From Mycolicibacterium smegmatis (lineage in GTDB: Bacteria; Actinomycetota; Actinomycetes; Mycobacteriales; Mycobacteriaceae): a stretch of DNA of 32,000 nucleotides. Below are positions 1-10,378 of the stretch, piece by piece. The translations under genes were made by a program, and so were the position numbers. How positions within the stretch are numbered: the stretch's first letter is position 1; each line of letters begins with the position of its first letter. Under the pieces are notes generated by a model. That model was not told the origin of the DNA, made no database searches, and saw only the letters and a list, made by a program, of their open reading frames with translations. The stretch covers positions 1,860,001 to 1,892,000 of the forward strand of contig NZ_LN831039.1 in assembly GCF_001457595.1 (NCBI RefSeq), given 5' to 3'.

Positions 1-5
1 CGAGA

Positions 6-1190
6 ATGTCCACCGCCACCGCTTCTCGCAGCGTCGAGGACGCCGTCAGACGGCGCAGCGGTGACCTGATCGAACTCTCGCACTCGATCCACGCCGAACC
101 GGAACTGGCATTCGCCGAACACCGCAGCAGCGCCAAGACGCAGGCACTCGTCGCCGAGTACGGGTTCGAGATCACCGCGGCGGCCGGCGGGCTCGACACC
201 GCGTTCCGCGCGTCCTACGGCAGCGGGTCGCTGGTGATCGGGATCTGTGCCGAGTACGACGCGCTGCCGGAGATCGGGCACGCGTGCGGGCACAACATCA
301 TCGCGTCGTCGGCGGTCGGCACCGCGCTCGCGCTCGCCGAGGTCGCCGACCTGCTCGACCTCACGGTGGTGCTCGTCGGCACGCCCGCCGAGGAAACCGG
401 CGGCGGCAAGGTCCTGCTGCTCGACGCCGGCGTCTTCGACGACATCGCCGCGTCGGTCATGCTCCATCCCGGCCCCGTCGACATCGCCGCGGCCCGGTCA
501 CTGGCGCTGACCGAGGTGGCCGTGAGCTACACCGGACGGGAATCGCACGCCGCGGTGGCGCCCTATCTCGGGGTCAACGCCGCCGACGCCGTGACGGTCG
601 CGCAGGTGGCGATCGGTCTGCTGCGCCAGCAGCTGGCCCCGGGGCAGATGGTGCACGGCATCGTCACCAACGGAGGCCAGGCCGCCAACATCATTCCCGG
701 CCACGCCGAGATGCGATACACGATGCGGGCCGTCGACATGGCGGGGCTGCACGAACTGGAAAACCGGATGGCCGGATGTTTCGCGGCCGGGGCGCTGGCC
801 ACGGGTTGTGAGCACGAGGTGTCCGAGACGGCGCCGGCGTATGCCGAGCTGAGGCCGGATGCGTGGTTGTCGGAGACCGTGCGCGCCGAGATGGTGCGGC
901 TGGGACGGGAACCACTGCCGGAGAGTGTGGAGGCGAGTGTGCCGCTGGGCAGCACCGACATGGGCAATGTGACGCACCTGATGCCGGGGATCCATCCGGT
1001 GATCGGCGTCGACTCGGGCGGAGCGTCGCTGCACCAGCCGGCCTTCGCCGCCGCGGCGGCCGGGCCGAGTGCCGACAAGGCCGTGGTGGAAGGCGCGATC
1101 ATGTTGGCGCGCACCGTTGTCCAGCTGGCCGAGACCCCAGCCGAGCGTGACCGCGTGCTGGCCGCGCAGAGTCGGCGGGTGGCGTCGTGA
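6..1190 (+). CDS. amiB1: M20 family amidohydrolase/peptidase, AmiB1-like
   Basis: ORF track; metal-binding style motifs (GICAEYDALPEIGHACGHN, GTPAEETGGGK); position upstream of a second M20 gene as in mycobacterial amiB1-amiA1; GTGA overlap with next gene. Confidence 0.8.
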   Translation: MSTATASRSVEDAVRRRSGDLIELSHSIHAEPELAFAEHRSSAKTQALVAEYGFEITAAAGGLDTAFRASYGSGSLVIGICAEYDALPEIGHACGHNIIASSAVGTALALAEVADLLDLTVVLVGTPAEETGGGKVLLLDAGVFDDIAASVMLHPGPVDIAAARSLALTEVAVSYTGRESHAAVAPYLGVNAADAVTVAQVAIGLLRQQLAPGQMVHGIVTNGGQAANIIPGHAEMRYTMRAVDMAGLHELENRMAGCFAAGALATGCEHEVSETAPAYAELRPDAWLSETVRAEMVRLGREPLPESVEASVPLGSTDMGNVTHLMPGIHPVIGVDSGGASLHQPAFAAAAAGPSADKAVVEGAIMLARTVVQLAETPAERDRVLAAQSRRVAS

Positions 1191-2359
1191 GCGTGGATCT
1201 GGGTGCGATCACCGACCGCTGGCTCGCCGAGCACTACGACGAGATGGTGGCCTGGCGCAGGCACATCCATGCCCACCCGGAGCTGGGACGGCAGGAGTTC
1301 GCCACCACCGAGTTCGTGGCGCGCCACCTCGCCGAGGCCGGGCTCAACCCGAAGGTGCTGCCAGGTGGGACGGGTCTCACGTGCGATTTCGGTCCCGAGG
1401 ACGGTCCACGCGTGGCGTTGCGCGCCGACATGGACGCGCTGCCGATGGCCGACCGGACCGGCGCGCCGTACGCGTCGACGGTGCCCAACGTCGCGCACGC
1501 CTGCGGTCACGATGCGCACACCGCGGTGCTGCTCGGCACGGCCAAGGTGCTGGCCTCGGCGACTGAACTCCCGGTCGGGGTGCGGTTGATCTTCCAGGCC
1601 GCCGAGGAACTGATGCCCGGCGGCGCCATCGACGCCGTCGCGGCAGGCGCGCTCAACGGCGTCACCCGGATTTTCGCGCTGCACTGCGACCCCCGCCTGC
1701 GCGTGGGCCGTGTGGCCACCAAGCCGGGACCGATCACCTCGGCCGCCGACTCGATCGAGATCACGCTGCACTCACCGGGCGGTCACACCTCGCGGCCGCA
1801 TCTCACCGGCGACCTGGTCTACGGGCTGGGGACGCTCATCACGGGCCTGCCCGGTGTGCTGTCGCGCCGCATCGACCCGCGCCACAACACCGTCATGGTG
1901 TGGGGTGCGGTCAACGCGGGCGTCGCGGCCAACGCGATCCCGCAGATCGGCACCCTGGCCGGCACGATCCGCACCGCGAGCCGCGACACGTGGCTGACGC
2001 TGGAGGCGATCGTCGACGAGACCGTGACGGCCCTGCTGGCGCCGTTGAACATCGAGCACAGCCTCAACTACCGGCGCGGCGTGCCGCCCGTGGTCAACGA
2101 GGACGTCTCGACGCGCATGCTGACCCACGCGATCGAGGCCGTCGGCCCCGACGTGCTGGCCAACACGCATCAGTCCGGCGGCGGCGAGGACTTCTCCTGG
2201 TACCTCGAGGAGATCCCCGGCGCGATGGGCAGGCTCGGCGTGTGGAGCGGGCAGGGGCCGCAACTGGACCTGCATCAGCCGACGTTCGATCTCGACGAGC
2301 GGGCGCTCGGTGTGGGGGTGCGCACGATGGTCAACATCGTGGCGGCCGCGCGCCAGTAG
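1187..2359 (+). CDS. amiA1: M20 family amidohydrolase/peptidase, AmiA1-like
   Basis: ORF; motifs HAHPELGRQEFAT, LRADMDALPMADRTG, HACGHDAHTAVLLG, GGEDFSWYLE; 4-nt overlap with amiB1-like gene. Confidence 0.8.
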   Translation: MSVDLGAITDRWLAEHYDEMVAWRRHIHAHPELGRQEFATTEFVARHLAEAGLNPKVLPGGTGLTCDFGPEDGPRVALRADMDALPMADRTGAPYASTVPNVAHACGHDAHTAVLLGTAKVLASATELPVGVRLIFQAAEELMPGGAIDAVAAGALNGVTRIFALHCDPRLRVGRVATKPGPITSAADSIEITLHSPGGHTSRPHLTGDLVYGLGTLITGLPGVLSRRIDPRHNTVMVWGAVNAGVAANAIPQIGTLAGTIRTASRDTWLTLEAIVDETVTALLAPLNIEHSLNYRRGVPPVVNEDVSTRMLTHAIEAVGPDVLANTHQSGGGEDFSWYLEEIPGAMGRLGVWSGQGPQLDLHQPTFDLDERALGVGVRTMVNIVAAARQ

Positions 2360-2386
2360 GTGGTTTGCCGACTCTCACCCTGAGCG

Positions 2387-2403
2387 GATGTTAATGCTCA
2401 CAT
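2387..2403 (+). promoter_or_regulatory. candidate LacI-type operator copy 1 (GATGTTAATGCTCACAT)
   Basis: Direct match to the motif seen at 2555, 13018 and (inverted) 13165; 14-bp core TGTTAATGCTCACA. Confidence 0.55.
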
Positions 2404-2516
2404 CCGGAGTTTGCCAGGGATCGCCTTCTGGCGCTTGCAGAATCGTTCATCGCTGAATTGTTGACTTCAAAAATGCTGCTCAGGGGCTGAAACGACACAG
2501 TCTTCGTAAGATCGCA

Positions 2517-2546
2517 TTGACAATCCAGTGAAGTGGCTCACATACT
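2517..2546 (+). promoter_or_regulatory. candidate sigA-type promoter (TTGACA - 18 nt - CATACT)
   Basis: TTGACA at 2517-2522, CATACT at 2541-2546, immediately upstream of operator copy 2. Confidence 0.5.
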
Positions 2547-2554
2547 TACGGACG

Positions 2555-2571
2555 GATGTTAACGCTCACAT
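2555..2571 (+). promoter_or_regulatory. candidate LacI-type operator copy 2 (GATGTTAACGCTCACAT)
   Basis: CG-centred pseudo-palindrome TGTTAACGCTCACA; just downstream of the candidate -10. Confidence 0.65.
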
Positions 2572-2659
2572 ACCGGCCCGTTGTAACCGCCCGCTCGCAA
2601 CGTTCAGTCAAAGACGTAGCCGCCGACGTTTATGACTGTGGCCCCGCTTAGGAGGATTG

Positions 2660-3757
2660 ATGCGCAAGTTGACCTGGCTGGCCGCGCTGCTCGCGGCGCT
2701 GGCCATGGCGATGACCCTGTCCGGATGTGGACGGTCCGCCGAAGGTGGCGGCGGTGGCGACGGTGACGCCAAGGGCACCGTCGGTATCGCCATGCCGACC
2801 AAGTCGTCGGAGCGCTGGGTCGCCGACGGTCAGAACATGGTCGACCAGTTCAAGGCCCTCGGCTACGACACCGACCTGCAGTATGGCGACGACGTTGTGC
2901 AGAACCAGGTCTCGCAGATCGAGAACATGATCACCAAGGGCGTCAAGCTGCTGGTGATCGCCCCGATCGACGGCTCGTCGCTCACCAACACCCTGCAGCA
3001 CGCCGCCGATCTGAAGATCCCGGTGATCAGCTACGACCGGCTGATCAAGGGCACACCCAACGTCGACTACTACGCGACCTTCGACAACACCAAAGTCGGT
3101 GTCCTGCAGGCCAACTACATCGTCGACACGCTCGGGGTCGCCGACGGCAAGGGCCCGTTCAACCTCGAGCTGTTCGCGGGCTCGCCCGACGACAACAACG
3201 CCACCTACTTCTTCCAGGGCGCCATGAGCGTGCTGCAGCCCTACATCGACAGCGGCAAGCTCGTGGTCAAGAGCGGCCAGACCACCTTCGATCAGATCGC
3301 CACGCTGCGCTGGGACGGCGGACTCGCGCAGTCGCGCATGGACAACCTGCTCAGCCAGGCCTACACGAGCGGTCGCGTCGACGCGGTGCTGTCGCCGTAC
3401 GACGGGATCTCACGCGGCGTGATCTCGGCGCTCAAGAGCGCCGGGTACGGCAACGCCGCCAAGCCGCTGCCGATCGTCACCGGCCAGGACGCCGAACTCG
3501 CGTCGGTGAAGTCGATCGTCGCGGGCGAGCAGACCCAGACCGTGTTCAAGGACACCCGCGAACTCGCGAAAGCCGCTGTGCAGGAAGCCGATGCGGTGCT
3601 CACCGGTGGCACCCCCCAGGTCAACGACACCGAGACGTACGACAACGGCGTCAAGGTCGTCCCGTCCTACCTGCTCGACCCGGTCAGCGTCGACAAGTCC
3701 AACTACAAGAAGGTGCTGATCGATTCGGGTTACTACACCGAGACCCAGGTCCAGTGA
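2660..3757 (+). CDS. Sugar ABC transporter substrate-binding lipoprotein (XylF/RbsB-like)
   Basis: ORF; AGGAGG at 2650-2655 upstream of ATG 2660; lipobox LSGC; periplasmic binding protein body; followed by transporter ATPase and permease. Confidence 0.85.
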   Translation: MRKLTWLAALLAALAMAMTLSGCGRSAEGGGGGDGDAKGTVGIAMPTKSSERWVADGQNMVDQFKALGYDTDLQYGDDVVQNQVSQIENMITKGVKLLVIAPIDGSSLTNTLQHAADLKIPVISYDRLIKGTPNVDYYATFDNTKVGVLQANYIVDTLGVADGKGPFNLELFAGSPDDNNATYFFQGAMSVLQPYIDSGKLVVKSGQTTFDQIATLRWDGGLAQSRMDNLLSQAYTSGRVDAVLSPYDGISRGVISALKSAGYGNAAKPLPIVTGQDAELASVKSIVAGEQTQTVFKDTRELAKAAVQEADAVLTGGTPQVNDTETYDNGVKVVPSYLLDPVSVDKSNYKKVLIDSGYYTETQVQ

Positions 3758-5283
3758 CGCAGGCATTACTCGAGATGCGGGGGATCACCAAGGAATTCCC
3801 CGGGGTCAAGGCCCTGTCGGGGGTCGACCTGACCGTCCCGGCCGGGTCGATCCACGCGATCTGCGGTGAGAACGGCGCGGGCAAGTCGACGCTGATGAAG
3901 GTGCTCAGCGGGGTCTATCCCCACGGGAGCTACGACGGTGAGATCTTCTTCGACGGAAAACTCTGTGAGTTCAAGGACATCCGCAGCAGTGAGCGGTGCG
4001 GCATCGCGATCATCCACCAGGAACTCGCGCTCGTGCCGTACCTGTCGATCGCCGAGAACGTCTTCCTGGGCAACGAGCAGGCCAAACGCGGCGTGATCGG
4101 TTGGGACAGAACCCTGACCGAGGCGCAGGCCCTGCTGGACCGGGTCGGCCTGCACGAGAGTCCGCAGACCCGCGTCGCCGATATCGGCGTCGGCAAGCAA
4201 CAACTCGTCGAGATCGCCAAGGCGCTGTCCAAGGACGTGCGTCTGCTGATCCTCGACGAGCCCACCGCGGCGCTCAACGACTCCGACAGCCGCCACCTGC
4301 TGGAGCTGATCTCCGACCTGCGCGACCACGGCATCACCTCGATCATCATCTCGCACAAGCTCAACGAGGTGATGCAGATCGCCGACGCCATCACGATCCT
4401 GCGGGACGGTCACACGATCGAGACCATCGAGGTGAACGACCAGCTCACCGAGGACCGCATCGTGCGCGGCATGGTGGGACGCGACCTGACCCACCGCTTC
4501 CCGCCCCGCGGGGACCACGAGATCGGCGATGTCGCGTTCGCCGTGGCCAACTGGACCGTGCTGCACCCGATCGACCAGCAGCGCAAGGTGGTTGACGATG
4601 TGTCCCTCAACGTCCGCGCCGGCGAGATCGTCGGCATCGCGGGCCTGATGGGCGCCGGGCGCACCGAGTTGGCCATGAGCGTGTTCGGCCGCTCATACGG
4701 CCGCTACGTCAGCGGCAAGGTGTTCAAGGGCGACCGGGAGGTGAGCACCAAGACGGTGACCGACGCGATCCGCAACGGGATCGCATACGCCACCGAGGAC
4801 CGCAAACACCTCGGCCTCAACCTGATGGACAGCATCGCCCAGAGCATCACGCTGCCGTCGCTGCGCAAGATCAGCACCCGTGCGGTGATCGACCACCACA
4901 AGGAAGTCGGTGTGGGCGAACGGTTCCGGGAATCCATGCGGATCAAGGCGTCGTCGGTGTCGGCCGTCACCGGCAAACTCTCGGGCGGCAACCAGCAGAA
5001 GGTCGTGCTGAGCAAGTGGCTGTTCACCGACCCCGATGTGCTGATCCTCGACGAGCCGACCCGCGGTATCGACGTCGGCGCGAAGTACGAGATCTACACG
5101 ATCATCAACGAACTGGCGTCGCGCGGTAAGGCCGTCATCGTCATCTCCTCGGAACTGCCCGAACTGCTCGGCCTGTGCGACCGCATCTACACGCTCAGCG
5201 CCGGCAGGCTCACCGGTGAGGTGCCGCGCGCCGACGCCACCCAGGAGACCCTCATGCGATACATGATGAAAGGACGGGTCTAA
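3754..5283 (+). CDS. Sugar ABC transporter ATP-binding protein with two ABC domains (XylG/RbsA-like)
   Basis: ORF; Walker [23 protein letters not shown], second signature LSGGNQQKV and [14 protein letters not shown]; overlaps upstream stop. Confidence 0.92.
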   Translation: MTQALLEMRGITKEFPGVKALSGVDLTVPAGSIHAICGENGAGKSTLMKVLSGVYPHGSYDGEIFFDGKLCEFKDIRSSERCGIAIIHQELALVPYLSIAENVFLGNEQAKRGVIGWDRTLTEAQALLDRVGLHESPQTRVADIGVGKQQLVEIAKALSKDVRLLILDEPTAALNDSDSRHLLELISDLRDHGITSIIISHKLNEVMQIADAITILRDGHTIETIEVNDQLTEDRIVRGMVGRDLTHRFPPRGDHEIGDVAFAVANWTVLHPIDQQRKVVDDVSLNVRAGEIVGIAGLMGAGRTELAMSVFGRSYGRYVSGKVFKGDREVSTKTVTDAIRNGIAYATEDRKHLGLNLMDSIAQSITLPSLRKISTRAVIDHHKEVGVGERFRESMRIKASSVSAVTGKLSGGNQQKVVLSKWLFTDPDVLILDEPTRGIDVGAKYEIYTIINELASRGKAVIVISSELPELLGLCDRIYTLSAGRLTGEVPRADATQETLMRYMMKGRV

Positions 5284-6543
5284 GTGACCTCCACGGTGAA
5301 TCCGCAGTCGGGGCAGGCGGACTCGGCTCCCTCGCCGGCGAACTCGCCTGCCACACCACCCACACCTCCCGGCCTGCGGACGCGGTTGTCCGCCTACCTG
5401 ATGTCACATGTCCGGCAGTCCGGCATGGTGGTGGCGCTCGTCGCGATCGTGCTGCTGTTCCAGGTCTGGACCAGCGGCATCCTGCTCAAGCCGCTCAACG
5501 TCACCAACATCATCCAGCAGAACGGCTACATCCTGGTGCTCGCCATCGGGATGGTCATCGTGATCATCAACGGCCACATCGATCTGTCGGTCGGATCGGT
5601 CGCGGGGTTCATCGGCGCGATGTCGGCGGTCCTCATGGTCCGCAACGACATGCCGTGGCCGGTCGCGGTGGTGGTGTGCGTGCTCGCGGGCGCGGTGATC
5701 GGTGCCTGGCAGGGGTTCTGGATCGCGTTCGTCGGGATACCGTCGTTCATCGTCACCCTCGGCGGCATGCTCGTGTTCCGTGGCGCCACCCAGTACCTCC
5801 TGGAGGGGCAGTCCATTGCCCCGATGCCCCGGGGTCTGGAGCAGGTCAGCAGCGGGTTCCTGCCGGAATGGGGGACCAACGCGCTCTACCACTGGCCCAC
5901 GGTCATTCTCGGTGCGGTCATCATGGTGGCCGCGGTGGTGGTGCAGTTCCGCAGGCGCCGCTCACAGATCCGCTACGGGCAGGACGTCTCCGGCGTGCCG
6001 GTGTTCATCGCCAAGTGCGCGGCGATCGTCGTCGCACTCGGCGCGGTGACCCTGCTGCTCGCGAGCTACCGTGGCGTTCCGATCGTCGGGATCATCCTGG
6101 TGGTGCTGACGCTGGTGTACGCGTTTATGATGCGCAACACCGTGTTCGGCAGGCAGGTCTACGCCGTCGGTGGAAATCCGGCTGCCGCAGCGCTTTCCGG
6201 TGTCCGCAACCGGTGGGTCACGCTGGCGGTGTTCGTCAACATGGGCATGCTGGCCGCCATCGCGGGTCTGCTGTTCGCGGCGCGCCTGAACTCCGCGACA
6301 CCGCAGGCCGGCATCAACTTCGAACTCGAGGCGATCGCCGCGGCGTTCATCGGCGGCGCGTCGTCCAGCGGCGGTGTCGGCACCGTGTTCGGCGCGATCG
6401 TGGGCGGTCTGGTGCTGGGCGTGCTCAACAACGGTATGTCGATCCTCGGCATCGGCAGCGACATCCAGCAGGTGATCAAGGGACTCGTCCTGCTGGCCGC
6501 GGTCGGGTTCGATGTCTACAACAAGCGAAAAGGCGGACGCTAG
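5284..6543 (+). CDS. Sugar ABC transporter permease (XylH/RbsC-like)
   Basis: ORF; multiple hydrophobic segments, GHIDLSVGSVAGF motif; directly follows ATPase stop. Confidence 0.88.
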   Translation: MTSTVNPQSGQADSAPSPANSPATPPTPPGLRTRLSAYLMSHVRQSGMVVALVAIVLLFQVWTSGILLKPLNVTNIIQQNGYILVLAIGMVIVIINGHIDLSVGSVAGFIGAMSAVLMVRNDMPWPVAVVVCVLAGAVIGAWQGFWIAFVGIPSFIVTLGGMLVFRGATQYLLEGQSIAPMPRGLEQVSSGFLPEWGTNALYHWPTVILGAVIMVAAVVVQFRRRRSQIRYGQDVSGVPVFIAKCAAIVVALGAVTLLLASYRGVPIVGIILVVLTLVYAFMMRNTVFGRQVYAVGGNPAAAALSGVRNRWVTLAVFVNMGMLAAIAGLLFAARLNSATPQAGINFELEAIAAAFIGGASSSGGVGTVFGAIVGGLVLGVLNNGMSILGIGSDIQQVIKGLVLLAAVGFDVYNKRKGGR

Positions 6544-6549
6544 GGGGGT

Positions 6550-6585
6550 GCACGAGCGGGCAGGCTGCGGTCTGCCCGCTCGTGC
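6550..6585. terminator. Hairpin between convergent genes, candidate bidirectional terminator
   Basis: Perfect 14-bp inverted repeat GCACGAGCGGGCAG (6550-6563) / CTGCCCGCTCGTGC (6572-6585), 8-nt loop, between two convergent stop codons; no U tract. Confidence 0.7.
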
Positions 6586-6587
6586 GC

Positions 6588-7247
6588 TCAGCGTGTGAGA
6601 ACCGCGTCAGCCTCGATGACGAGATGGCTTCCGTCGAAGGTGATCCCGGACAGATCGGCCACGCTCACGTCGACGTCCTCGCCGATCGTCTGCGCACCGA
6701 CGCCCACCACGAAACCCACGTTCGCGGCACGGGCCGCCAGGATGCCCAGGTGGGCGTCCTCGAACACCGCACACACGCGCGGCTCGAGTCCGAGCAGGTG
6801 CGCGCCGGTCAGGTAGGGCTCGGGTGCGGGCTTGCCCGCGGTCACGTCGTCGGCCGACACCAGGACGCGGGGTGTGGGCAGGCCGGCGGACAGCAATCTG
6901 GCAGCGGCCATCTCGCGCGCGCCTGAGGTGACCACTGCCCAGCGGTCCGCGGGGCTCGACGACAACAGGTCCACCGCACCGGCCATCGCGGGCACCTCGG
7001 TGGCCATCTCGATCTCCAGTTCGGTGAGAACCTTTGTGGCGAGCGCGCTGTCGCCGTCGCCCACCAGTTCGGCGACCACGTCCGACAGCCGGCGCCCGTG
7101 CTGGGCGTCGCGGTGGAAGTCGAAACCCGGCGCCCATGTGCGGGCCCAGTGGTTCCAGGCCGTCGCCGCGGCCTCGTGGGAGTCCACGAGCACCCCGTCG
7201 CTGTCGAACAGGATTCCGGCGATCGGGAAGGTCTTGTGAGATGTCAT
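6588..7247 (-). CDS. HAD superfamily hydrolase, sugar-phosphatase/beta-phosphoglucomutase-like
   Basis: ORF; HAD motif I FDSDGVLVDS, motif II VVTSGA, motif IV VFEDAHLGILAA; last gene of minus-strand sugar operon. Confidence 0.82.
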   Translation of the reverse strand: MTSHKTFPIAGILFDSDGVLVDSHEAAATAWNHWARTWAPGFDFHRDAQHGRRLSDVVAELVGDGDSALATKVLTELEIEMATEVPAMAGAVDLLSSSPADRWAVVTSGAREMAAARLLSAGLPTPRVLVSADDVTAGKPAPEPYLTGAHLLGLEPRVCAVFEDAHLGILAARAANVGFVVGVGAQTIGEDVDVSVADLSGITFDGSHLVIEADAVLTR

Positions 7248-7257
7248 GTAGCAGATG

Positions 7258-8286
7258 TCATTTCGTTGTGGGCGGTGGGGCGGTGCTGGCGCGGACCACG
7301 AGGTCCGCGGGCAGCAGTGCGGTGTCGGTCTCGACCCCCGAGAGTTGAGCGGTCACGAGGGAGATGGCGCGGCGACCGACCGCCGCGAAGTCCTGACGGA
7401 TGGTGGTGAGTGCCGGGATGAGATAGGCGGCCTCGGGGATGTCGTCGAAACCCACGACGCTGACGTCGTCGGGAACCCGGACCCCGGCCTCGTGCAGCGC
7501 GTGCAGCAGGCCGATCGCCATCTGGTCGTTGGCCACGAACACCGCGGTGATCTCCCGCTGTGCGGCGATCTTCTCACCGATCTCGTAGCCGCGGGCCGCG
7601 CTCCAGTCGCCGTGCCAATCGGGGTGCGGCACAAGGCGTGCGGCCAGCATGGCGTCGAGGTAGCCCTTGGTGCGTCCCGCGGCCTCGGGGAAGTTGGGTG
7701 GCCCGCTGACATGGGCGATCGCGGTGTGGCCGAGATCGATGAGATGCTGCGTGGCCTTTCGTGCGGCGCCGACCTGGTCGACACCGACGGTCAGGCCGGC
7801 ACCGGAGAGGTCACCCTCGACCACGATCACGGGGACCCCGAAATCCTCGGACTGCACCAGGGTGAGCGCGTCCTGTTGCGCGGCCACCATCACGATGGCC
7901 TCCACCGAGAGCCGGGAGAGGTGCTCGACGGCACCGCGGATCGCCTGATGCGTGACCGACGCCAGCGGTACGGCGCTGGAGAAGTACCCGGCCTCGCGCG
8001 CGGCCTCCTCGACGGCGCGTTGGACGCTCGACGGGCCGTAGAGGCCGGTGTTGGTCCCGATGATGCCGATGATGCCGGAGCGGTTGGTCACCAGGGCCCG
8101 CGCCGCGGTGTTGGGGCGGTAACCCAGTTGGGCGATCGCGTCCTCGACGCGCCGCCGCGTGGCAGGCCGGATGCTCGGCGATCCGTTGATCACCCGCGAC
8201 ACCGTCTGATGGGAGACCCCGGCAAGGCGCGCGACGTCGGCCATCACAGGTTTGCGAGTCATGACGCCATTATCGCGGCGGCTCAT
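7258..8286 (-). CDS. LacI family transcriptional regulator
   Basis: VMADVARLAGVSHQTVSRVINGSPSIRPATRRRVEDAI helix-turn-helix followed by periplasmic-binding-like sensor domain; ATG at 8286 overlaps upstream permease TGA; an alternative ATG is at 8262. Confidence 0.9.
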   Translation of the reverse strand: MSRRDNGVMTRKPVMADVARLAGVSHQTVSRVINGSPSIRPATRRRVEDAIAQLGYRPNTAARALVTNRSGIIGIIGTNTGLYGPSSVQRAVEEAAREAGYFSSAVPLASVTHQAIRGAVEHLSRLSVEAIVMVAAQQDALTLVQSEDFGVPVIVVEGDLSGAGLTVGVDQVGAARKATQHLIDLGHTAIAHVSGPPNFPEAAGRTKGYLDAMLAARLVPHPDWHGDWSAARGYEIGEKIAAQREITAVFVANDQMAIGLLHALHEAGVRVPDDVSVVGFDDIPEAAYLIPALTTIRQDFAAVGRRAISLVTAQLSGVETDTALLPADLVVRASTAPPPTTK

Positions 8287-9308
8287 CGTGGCTTCCGCAC
8301 CAGCACCCTCTGCACCAGCACAAAGGCGAGCAGCAGGGCACCGGTCATGATGCGGGTCCAGTAGGAATCGAGATTTTCTGCGGTGACGAACGTCTCGATG
8401 GTGCCGAGCACCAGCACCCCGACCAGCGCTCCCGCGACGAAGCCGACGCCGCCCGCGAGGATGACCCCGCCGATCACGGCCGCGGCGATCGCGTCCAGTT
8501 CGAGTCCGACCCCGTTGAGGCTGTAGCCCGACAGCTTCTGCACCGCCAGCAGGATCCCGGCGAGCGACGCGCAGAACCCGCTGATGACGTACACCGACAC
8601 GCGGGTGCGCGCGGCCTGCAGGCCCATGAGTTGCGCCGACTGCCGGTTGCCGCCGACCGCGTACACCGTCTTGCCGAACCGGGTGAGATGGAGGACGTAC
8701 ATGGCGCCGACGACCACGGCCAGCGCGATGATCACGGGCCAGCGGATGAACTTGTCGTCGTAGAGGTACAGGTACGTCAGCCCGAGGTTGCGCAGCACCG
8801 GGTCGTTGATCGGTATCGAGTCGACGCTGACGACGTAGCACATGCCGCGTGCCAGGAACATCCCGGCCAGTGTCGCGACGAACGGTTGTACGTCGAAGTA
8901 CTCGATGATCAGGCCCATGGTCAGCCCCAGGAGGGGGCCGACCGCCAGCACGGTCACCAGCGCGACCGGCGCGGGCCAGCCGAGCGAGAGTGTTTTGGCC
9001 AGGATCACCGTGGACAGCGCCACCACCGAACCCACGCTCAGATCGATTCCGCCCGTGAGGATCACGAACGTCATGCCCACCGCGAGGACGATGAGGTAGG
9101 CGTTGTCGACCAACAGGTTCAGGAAAACCTGTGCCGGACTGGCGAACTGGTAGCGGTCGAGCACCGCGCCGAACATCGCCACGAACAGCACCAGCGTGGC
9201 GACCGGTCCGACGAAGCGTCCCTGCGCGTGACGGCGCAGGGTGGCCACCAGACCGGCGTCGGCGGTGTCGGGTGCGAGTGGGGGCACGGTTGCGGTCGGG
9301 GCGGTCAT
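8283..9308 (-). CDS. Sugar ABC transporter permease (YjfF/RbsC-like)
   Basis: ORF from ATG 9308 (MTAPTATVPPLAPDTADAG...); GGIDLSVGSVVALS motif; overlaps neighbours by 4 nt on both sides. Confidence 0.87.
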   Translation of the reverse strand: MTAPTATVPPLAPDTADAGLVATLRRHAQGRFVGPVATLVLFVAMFGAVLDRYQFASPAQVFLNLLVDNAYLIVLAVGMTFVILTGGIDLSVGSVVALSTVILAKTLSLGWPAPVALVTVLAVGPLLGLTMGLIIEYFDVQPFVATLAGMFLARGMCYVVSVDSIPINDPVLRNLGLTYLYLYDDKFIRWPVIIALAVVVGAMYVLHLTRFGKTVYAVGGNRQSAQLMGLQAARTRVSVYVISGFCASLAGILLAVQKLSGYSLNGVGLELDAIAAAVIGGVILAGGVGFVAGALVGVLVLGTIETFVTAENLDSYWTRIMTGALLLAFVLVQRVLVRKPR

Positions 9309-10378
9309 CGGTGGGACACCTTCGGTCGATCGGGCACGGCCGCCGCGATCTCGACGGCGGGTACGGGCGCGCGCCGGCGCGTGCGCCTTCTGCCGAACAG
9401 CGCACGGAACTTCGCCGACTGCAACAGCACGACCGAGACCACCACCAGCGACTTGAACACCAGCGTGACCTCGGGCCGGATGCCGACGGTGTACACCGTG
9501 GTGGTGAGCGTCTGGATGATCAACGCGCCCAGCAGGGTCCCGGTCAGGCTGTAGCGGCCGCCGAGCAGCGACGTGCCGCCGATCACGACGGCCAGGATCG
9601 CGTCCATCTCGATCCACAGGCCGGCGTTGTTGGCGTCGGCAGCCGAGATGTTCGACGCGATCATCAGGCCCGCGATGCCGGCGCACAGTGCGCAGAACAC
9701 GTAGATCGCGAACACGATCGTGCGGCTGCGCACACCGGCCAGGCGACTGGCCTCGGGGTTGATCCCGACGGCTTCGAGCAGCGTGCCCAGCGCGGTGCGA
9801 CGCGTGAGCAGGCCGATGAGCACGAACACCGCGAGGGAGACGAGGATCGCGACGGGCAGACCGAGGAAGAAGCCCGCGCCGAGCACCTTGAACGGGGGAC
9901 TGGTGACGGTGATGATCTGTCCCTCGGTGACGAACAGTGCGATGCCGCGGCCCGCGGTCATCAGCACGAGGGTGGCGATGATCGGCTGAATACCCAGGGC
10001 CGCCACCAGCATTCCGTTCCACAGCCCGAGCACCGCGGCCACGGCCAGTGCGATGCCCATGGCCGCGAACACCGTCGGTACGCTCGCCGGGTCACCGGCC
10101 GCCGCGATGTGGGAGCAGGCCAGCGCACCGGAGATCGCGACGACCGCGCCCACCGAGAGATCGATGCCGCGTGAGGCGATCACCAGCGTCATACCCAGTG
10201 CGACCAGCAGGGTCGGTGCACCGTTGCGCAGGATGTCGATGACGCTGCCGTACAGGTGGCCGTCCTGCACGCGCACGCTCAGGAAGCCCGGCGTCAGGAA
10301 CGCGTTGAGGATCAGCAGCGCGACGAGCGCGATCGCGGGCCACAGCAGAGGGGTACGCGCGAAACCTTTGAGCATCAC
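9305..10378 (-). CDS. Sugar ABC transporter permease (YtfT/RbsC-like)
   Basis: ORF; SRGIDLSVGAVVAISG motif; 4-nt overlaps with ATPase and second permease. Confidence 0.87.
   Translation of the reverse strand: MMLKGFARTPLLWPAIALVALLILNAFLTPGFLSVRVQDGHLYGSVIDILRNGAPTLLVALGMTLVIASRGIDLSVGAVVAISGALACSHIAAAGDPASVPTVFAAMGIALAVAAVLGLWNGMLVAALGIQPIIATLVLMTAGRGIALFVTEGQIITVTSPPFKVLGAGFFLGLPVAILVSLAVFVLIGLLTRRTALGTLLEAVGINPEASRLAGVRSRTIVFAIYVFCALCAGIAGLMIASNISAADANNAGLWIEMDAILAVVIGGTSLLGGRYSLTGTLLGALIIQTLTTTVYTVGIRPEVTLVFKSLVVVSVVLLQSAKFRALFGRRRTRRRAPVPAVEIAAAVPDRPKVSHR

Noticed and set aside
5655-6926. 423-aa plus-strand ORF
   Set aside because: Low-complexity Arg/Gly-rich shadow of the permease gene that runs across the terminator into antisense of the HAD gene.
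7258-9405. 715-aa minus-strand ORF
   Set aside because: Only the C-terminal ~343 aa (LacI regulator, from 8286) is real. The upstream Arg/Gly-rich part is a shadow frame of the permease gene.
8283-10022. 579-aa minus-strand ORF
   Set aside because: The permease begins at MTAPTATV (9308). The upstream part is a shadow frame of the neighbouring permease.
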